A DNA stretch of 20,000 bases from an uncultured virus (IMG/VR IMGVR_UViG_3300005528_000053). Lineage: Duplodnaviria > Heunggongvirae > Uroviricota > Caudoviricetes. The position numbers and the translations under genes were made by a program. Location: the IMG/VR virus record IMGVR_UViG_3300005528_000053. One strand, written 5' to 3'. Of this stretch, positions 17,008 to 20,000 are shown piece after piece. Every line of letters begins with the position of its first letter. Position 1 is the first letter of the stretch. Under the pieces are notes generated by a model. That model was not told the DNA's origin. It saw only the letters and a program-made list of their open reading frames with translations, and did not search any database.

Positions 17008-17309
17008 TGCTTTAATACCTCTAATGTGGCTATCTTAGCTATTTTCTCTCCAAAGTCTTCATCCTTACCAATAACATACATCTGATTATGACTACGATCA
17101 CTGTTACGATCATGATATCTAAATTCTACTACTTTACCGCCAACAGCATTGTATACAGTAAACTGTAAAACAGCATCGCTATTCAATTGACGAGTTTCAT
17201 AAACACTGTTAGGAATACCAATGCCTAAAGATTGTGATTTTTCCATACCGGCGTCCCACGCTTCCTTAGACCAATCTCTGAATTTTTTCTTAAACCATTT
17301 TTTAATCAT
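17004..17309 (-). CDS. Hypothetical protein
   Basis: AGGA RBS; overlaps both neighbours. Confidence 0.75.
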   Translation of the reverse strand: MIKKWFKKKFRDWSKEAWDAGMEKSQSLGIGIPNSVYETRQLNSDAVLQFTVYNAVGGKVVEFRYHDRNSDRSHNQMYVIGKDEDFGEKIAKIATLEVLKQ

Positions 17310-17520
17310 CGTTCATTCCTGCAATAAATTCGCTAACGCGACGTTCTGCTTCTTCTCTATCAACAGCCATTAATGTTACTGTCAATACATTGTTTTTGTC
17401 AAGCTTAACATCATACGGCATCTTGCCATTAAGAACAAATCCTTCGGAGACATTACGTACTACTTTGTACTCTCTAAGATTTTTCATCCTATGAATAACA
17501 TCTTCGACTTTTTTGTCCAT
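17302..17520 (-). CDS. Small hypothetical protein
   Basis: TAATG coupling at 17520. Confidence 0.75.
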   Translation of the reverse strand: MDKKVEDVIHRMKNLREYKVVRNVSEGFVLNGKMPYDVKLDKNNVLTVTLMAVDREEAERRVSEFIAGMNDD

Positions 17521-17708
17521 TACTCTCTTTCCATTGATGAAACTTCAGTAACTATAGAAACTACCTGTTCTAAATTTTGACAAAGTACTTTAGCAGTTGC
17601 CCAGTCGCCGTCGGAATTACGTCCCGACACTTCTACCATAAATCCGTTGTCATACATATTGATAGTAAAACTATCTCCTACTTTTGCTAGCTTGTCGCCT
17701 ATATTCAT
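17520..17708 (-). CDS. Small hypothetical protein
   Basis: AAGGAG RBS; coupled to the downstream gene. Confidence 0.75.
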   Translation of the reverse strand: MNIGDKLAKVGDSFTINMYDNGFMVEVSGRNSDGDWATAKVLCQNLEQVVSIVTEVSSMERE

Positions 17709-17709
17709 T

Positions 17710-17988
17710 TTATTTCTCCTTGTTTAATAAATTACGATAGTTGCATAGATCATCTATTAACGGCGAATGCCCCCATAATAAAAATTCTTCGGCAGTCCAT
17801 CCAATATAGTAATCGTTAGCTTCTCTTCTTTCGGGCCACCAGTCGACAGGAAATTCCTCATCTCCTAGTAGATCCCATTTTTCTCCATTTATAATTTGAA
17901 AACTAAATTGTTCTTCAAGTGTTCCTGTTAAACAAAGATACTGATCTTCATCTACTTCTATTATATCATCTTTGTTAATTAAAGTCAC
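17710..17988 (-). CDS. Acidic, Trp-rich hypothetical protein
   Basis: Fills the gap between folE and 17708. GTG start with a weak RBS. Confidence 0.6.
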   Translation of the reverse strand: MTLINKDDIIEVDEDQYLCLTGTLEEQFSFQIINGEKWDLLGDEEFPVDWWPERREANDYYIGWTAEEFLLWGHSPLIDDLCNYRNLLNKEK

Positions 17989-18009
17989 ATTTAAGTTTCT
18001 TTCATTTTA

Positions 18010-18774
18010 TTATCTTGGAGCAAAATCTTGTTGTAGTTTGATGTTATCAAAGAATTCTTTTTTAGTGCCTTGATCATCTTTGAACGCACCTTTTAATACT
18101 GTAGTCTGTGTAAGACTACTATGTGCCATAATACCTCGATTCTCACAGCAGCCATGTGTGGCCTGAATGTACACACCTACATCTTTAGCGTCAGTAGCTC
18201 GACTAATTTCTCTTGCAATATCGTTGGCCAGTTCTTCTTGTAGAGTACCGCGTCTAGCACACCATTGAGCGATTCGAGTGTACTTAGATAAGCCAATAAG
18301 TTTATTAGCAGCAATGATACCAATATATGCTACACCATTAACTGGTTGATGATGATGACTACACATACTTCTTAATTCGCTACGTACTACTAACATTCCT
18401 TCATATCGTTCTTCTGAATCGTTAGGAAATGCTGTACAGTCCGGCGCCGGGTCATATCTTCCTGCCATTATTTCGTTGAAATACATTTTAGCAAGCCTGC
18501 GGGCTGTGCCTTTACTGTTAGGATCGTTTTCGCGATCAATCAGCAGTGTGTCTAGTACACCTTCAAATGCTTCTGTAGCTTCATTAATTAAGTGCTCTTT
18601 GTCGCTGTCATGAAGATAGTCGCTGATATTGTCTCCTGCCCAGAAACGCTTTCCTTCTCTTTTCATTTTAGCACGTAGTACAGCAGATAATGTTGATTCT
18701 TGGTAGCCACCATCTCCGGCCATAGCATCTAAGCCAGTCTCGTCGTTGCTTTCATACATTTTGTTATATACCAT
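18010..18774 (-). CDS. folE: GTP cyclohydrolase I (type IA)
   Basis: TARRLAKMY, zinc ligands SMCSHH and HGCCENRG, GLSKYTRI, LQEEL. Confidence 0.96.
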   Translation of the reverse strand: MVYNKMYESNDETGLDAMAGDGGYQESTLSAVLRAKMKREGKRFWAGDNISDYLHDSDKEHLINEATEAFEGVLDTLLIDRENDPNSKGTARRLAKMYFNEIMAGRYDPAPDCTAFPNDSEERYEGMLVVRSELRSMCSHHHQPVNGVAYIGIIAANKLIGLSKYTRIAQWCARRGTLQEELANDIAREISRATDAKDVGVYIQATHGCCENRGIMAHSSLTQTTVLKGAFKDDQGTKKEFFDNIKLQQDFAPR

Positions 18775-18792
18775 AAGTTTTCCTTTATTGCT

Positions 18793-18821
18793 ATTTTACA
18801 ATGTTATTTAGGTTTAGTCAA
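18793..18821 (-). promoter_or_regulatory. sigma70-type promoter with nested late-type box upstream of folE
   Basis: Minus strand TTGACT-AAACCTAAATAACATTG-TAAAAT (17-nt spacer); CTAAATA at 18811-18805; AAGGA RBS follows. Confidence 0.7.
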
Positions 18822-19601
18822 CCTTAAAAGAGTATTTTTCTTTACGGCTGCATCAAGAGTATTTAGGTTTACACTATGATCATCTGCATATTTTAATAGT
18901 GCTTCTGTATCTTTAGGAAAACATGCTCCACCGAACCCATAATACTTGTCAGGCCCGGGCACTTGCATATGACTATCGCCTATGCGCTTGTCCATATTAA
19001 TCAAATTAGACAGTTGCCTCCAATTGTAACCTTTCTTATCGGATAATTGATATAGTTCATTCATAAAGACAACTTTTGTAGCAAGGAAACTGTTAATGGA
19101 ATATTTGACAAATGCTGCTTCACCGATACCGCATAGTTCAATATGCCTAAGTTCGGTTTGCAGTTGTTTAATAATTCTTATTGCTTCTCTTTGATAAGCA
19201 CCAACAGTGCCGCCAACTATAGTCCATTCTGCTCTAGCAAAGTCTGTTATACCAGATGAGGCTCTAAGAAATTCTGGAACGTAAACTAAATTAGGTAACA
19301 GTTTACCCCAGTCTTCGTAAAAGTCTGGCGGCGCAGTTACTTTACTAATAATAGTTCCAGTAAATCCAAATTGCAATTCTTTTAAAACACTCTCAATAAT
19401 ACTAGTATCACATTGTCCGTCTGCACCTTGCGGACTTGGGACACATATAAACACACAAGAACATTCTTTTTTTAGATCATAGTAAGTTGTGTTCCATCCC
19501 TTGGCTGGATCAATAATAACTGCTTGAAATGGAGGCACTATGCTTTGTGCTATTGCTTCTCCAACATAGCCATGACCAATAATTCCTATTTTTTCATACA
19601 T
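18804..19601 (-). CDS. UDP-glucose/GDP-mannose dehydrogenase family protein, short form lacking the C-terminal domain
   Basis: GIIGHGYVG, FICVPSP, PEFLR, KYSINSFLATKVVFMNE and catalytic GFGGACFPKD. The protein ends about 35 aa after this motif. Confidence 0.85.
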   Translation of the reverse strand: MYEKIGIIGHGYVGEAIAQSIVPPFQAVIIDPAKGWNTTYYDLKKECSCVFICVPSPQGADGQCDTSIIESVLKELQFGFTGTIISKVTAPPDFYEDWGKLLPNLVYVPEFLRASSGITDFARAEWTIVGGTVGAYQREAIRIIKQLQTELRHIELCGIGEAAFVKYSINSFLATKVVFMNELYQLSDKKGYNWRQLSNLINMDKRIGDSHMQVPGPDKYYGFGGACFPKDTEALLKYADDHSVNLNTLDAAVKKNTLLRLTKPK

Positions 19602-19837
19602 TACAAATACTCGCTTAATAATATTTCACATAATACACGATCTTTTTCTGATTTAAATGTAAATGTCATAAAGTGTGTAGTAGGATGACTAGTATATCTG
19701 TGACCAGGTAATCCAAATACTTCCATTACCTTAGCACAGATTTCAGTCCACGGCATATCAGGGTGCTGCCAATTGATCCATACTGTGTGTGGATTTTTTA
19801 TAGTTTCCTTTTTCGGGTATAACATGTCTAACTCCAC
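19601..19837 (-). CDS. Small hypothetical protein
   Basis: TAATG coupling to the dehydrogenase. The start is uncertain (GTG 19837 or ATG 19825), and it overlaps the 3' end of the HIT gene. Confidence 0.65.
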   Translation of the reverse strand: MELDMLYPKKETIKNPHTVWINWQHPDMPWTEICAKVMEVFGLPGHRYTSHPTTHFMTFTFKSEKDRVLCEILLSEYL

Positions 19838-20000
19838 CTCTTGGATCCTCCATATCGCCTATACGTCGTGGTATCATGTGTACGTGGGGATACATCACTG
19901 TTTGTCCAGCTGCTTCTCCAACATTTTGGCCGATGTTAAAAGCATCCCACCTTTCAGCTTCAACACCCTCGTGTCCGAACTTGTAGGCTGCTTTGTAGCA
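19758..20000 (-). CDS. HIT-family nucleotide hydrolase (5' part outside window; absent from ORF track)
   Basis: Manual translation gives ...AFNIGQNVGEAAGQTVMYPHVHMIPRRIGDMEDPRGGVRHVIPEKGNY...*, which matches the HIT AGQTV-HxHxH-IPR signature. Confidence 0.9.
   Translation of the reverse strand, partial: CYKAAYKFGHEGVEAERWDAFNIGQNVGEAAGQTVMYPHVHMIPRRIGDMEDPRGGVRHVIPEKGNYKKSTHSMDQLAAP

Noticed and set aside
1..20000. Stop-codon reassignment as in some large phages
   Set aside because: Genes are intact in code 11. TAA, TGA (ATGA overlaps) and TAG (3678) all end genes at sensible places.
1..20000. tRNA, CRISPR array, intron/intein, transposase or integrase
   Set aside because: Intergenic gaps are all under about 85 nt, no spaced direct repeats were seen, and thyX, rnh and folE are uninterrupted.

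Overview
A 20 kb, AT-rich, densely coded, standard-code segment that is very probably from a large tailed dsDNA phage with T4-like transcription signals. The left part (1-8613) is a strand-switching accessory block of tailoring enzymes: two radical SAM proteins, two putative 2OG-Fe(II) oxygenases, tandem SGNH-like paralogs, a short SDR, a GT-like protein and a 450-aa unknown. At its centre is an overlapping, divergent pair of T4-late-type promoter boxes. The right part (8603-20000) is a minus-strand, translationally coupled run: thyX, an HEXXH/VWA protein and a MoxR AAA+ ATPase, a T4 RNase H-type nuclease, QueE and FolE (7-deazaguanine pathway), a short UDP-glucose dehydrogenase-like protein, a HIT protein missed by the ORF track, and many hypotheticals. 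The most distinctive signals are regulatory: two perfect TTGACA-N17-TATAAT promoters with palindromic spacers, a late box overlapping a hairpin that covers the start codon, and nested early and late promoters ahead of folE. No tRNA, CRISPR array or mobile element was seen. All functional calls come from motif recognition, not database searches.
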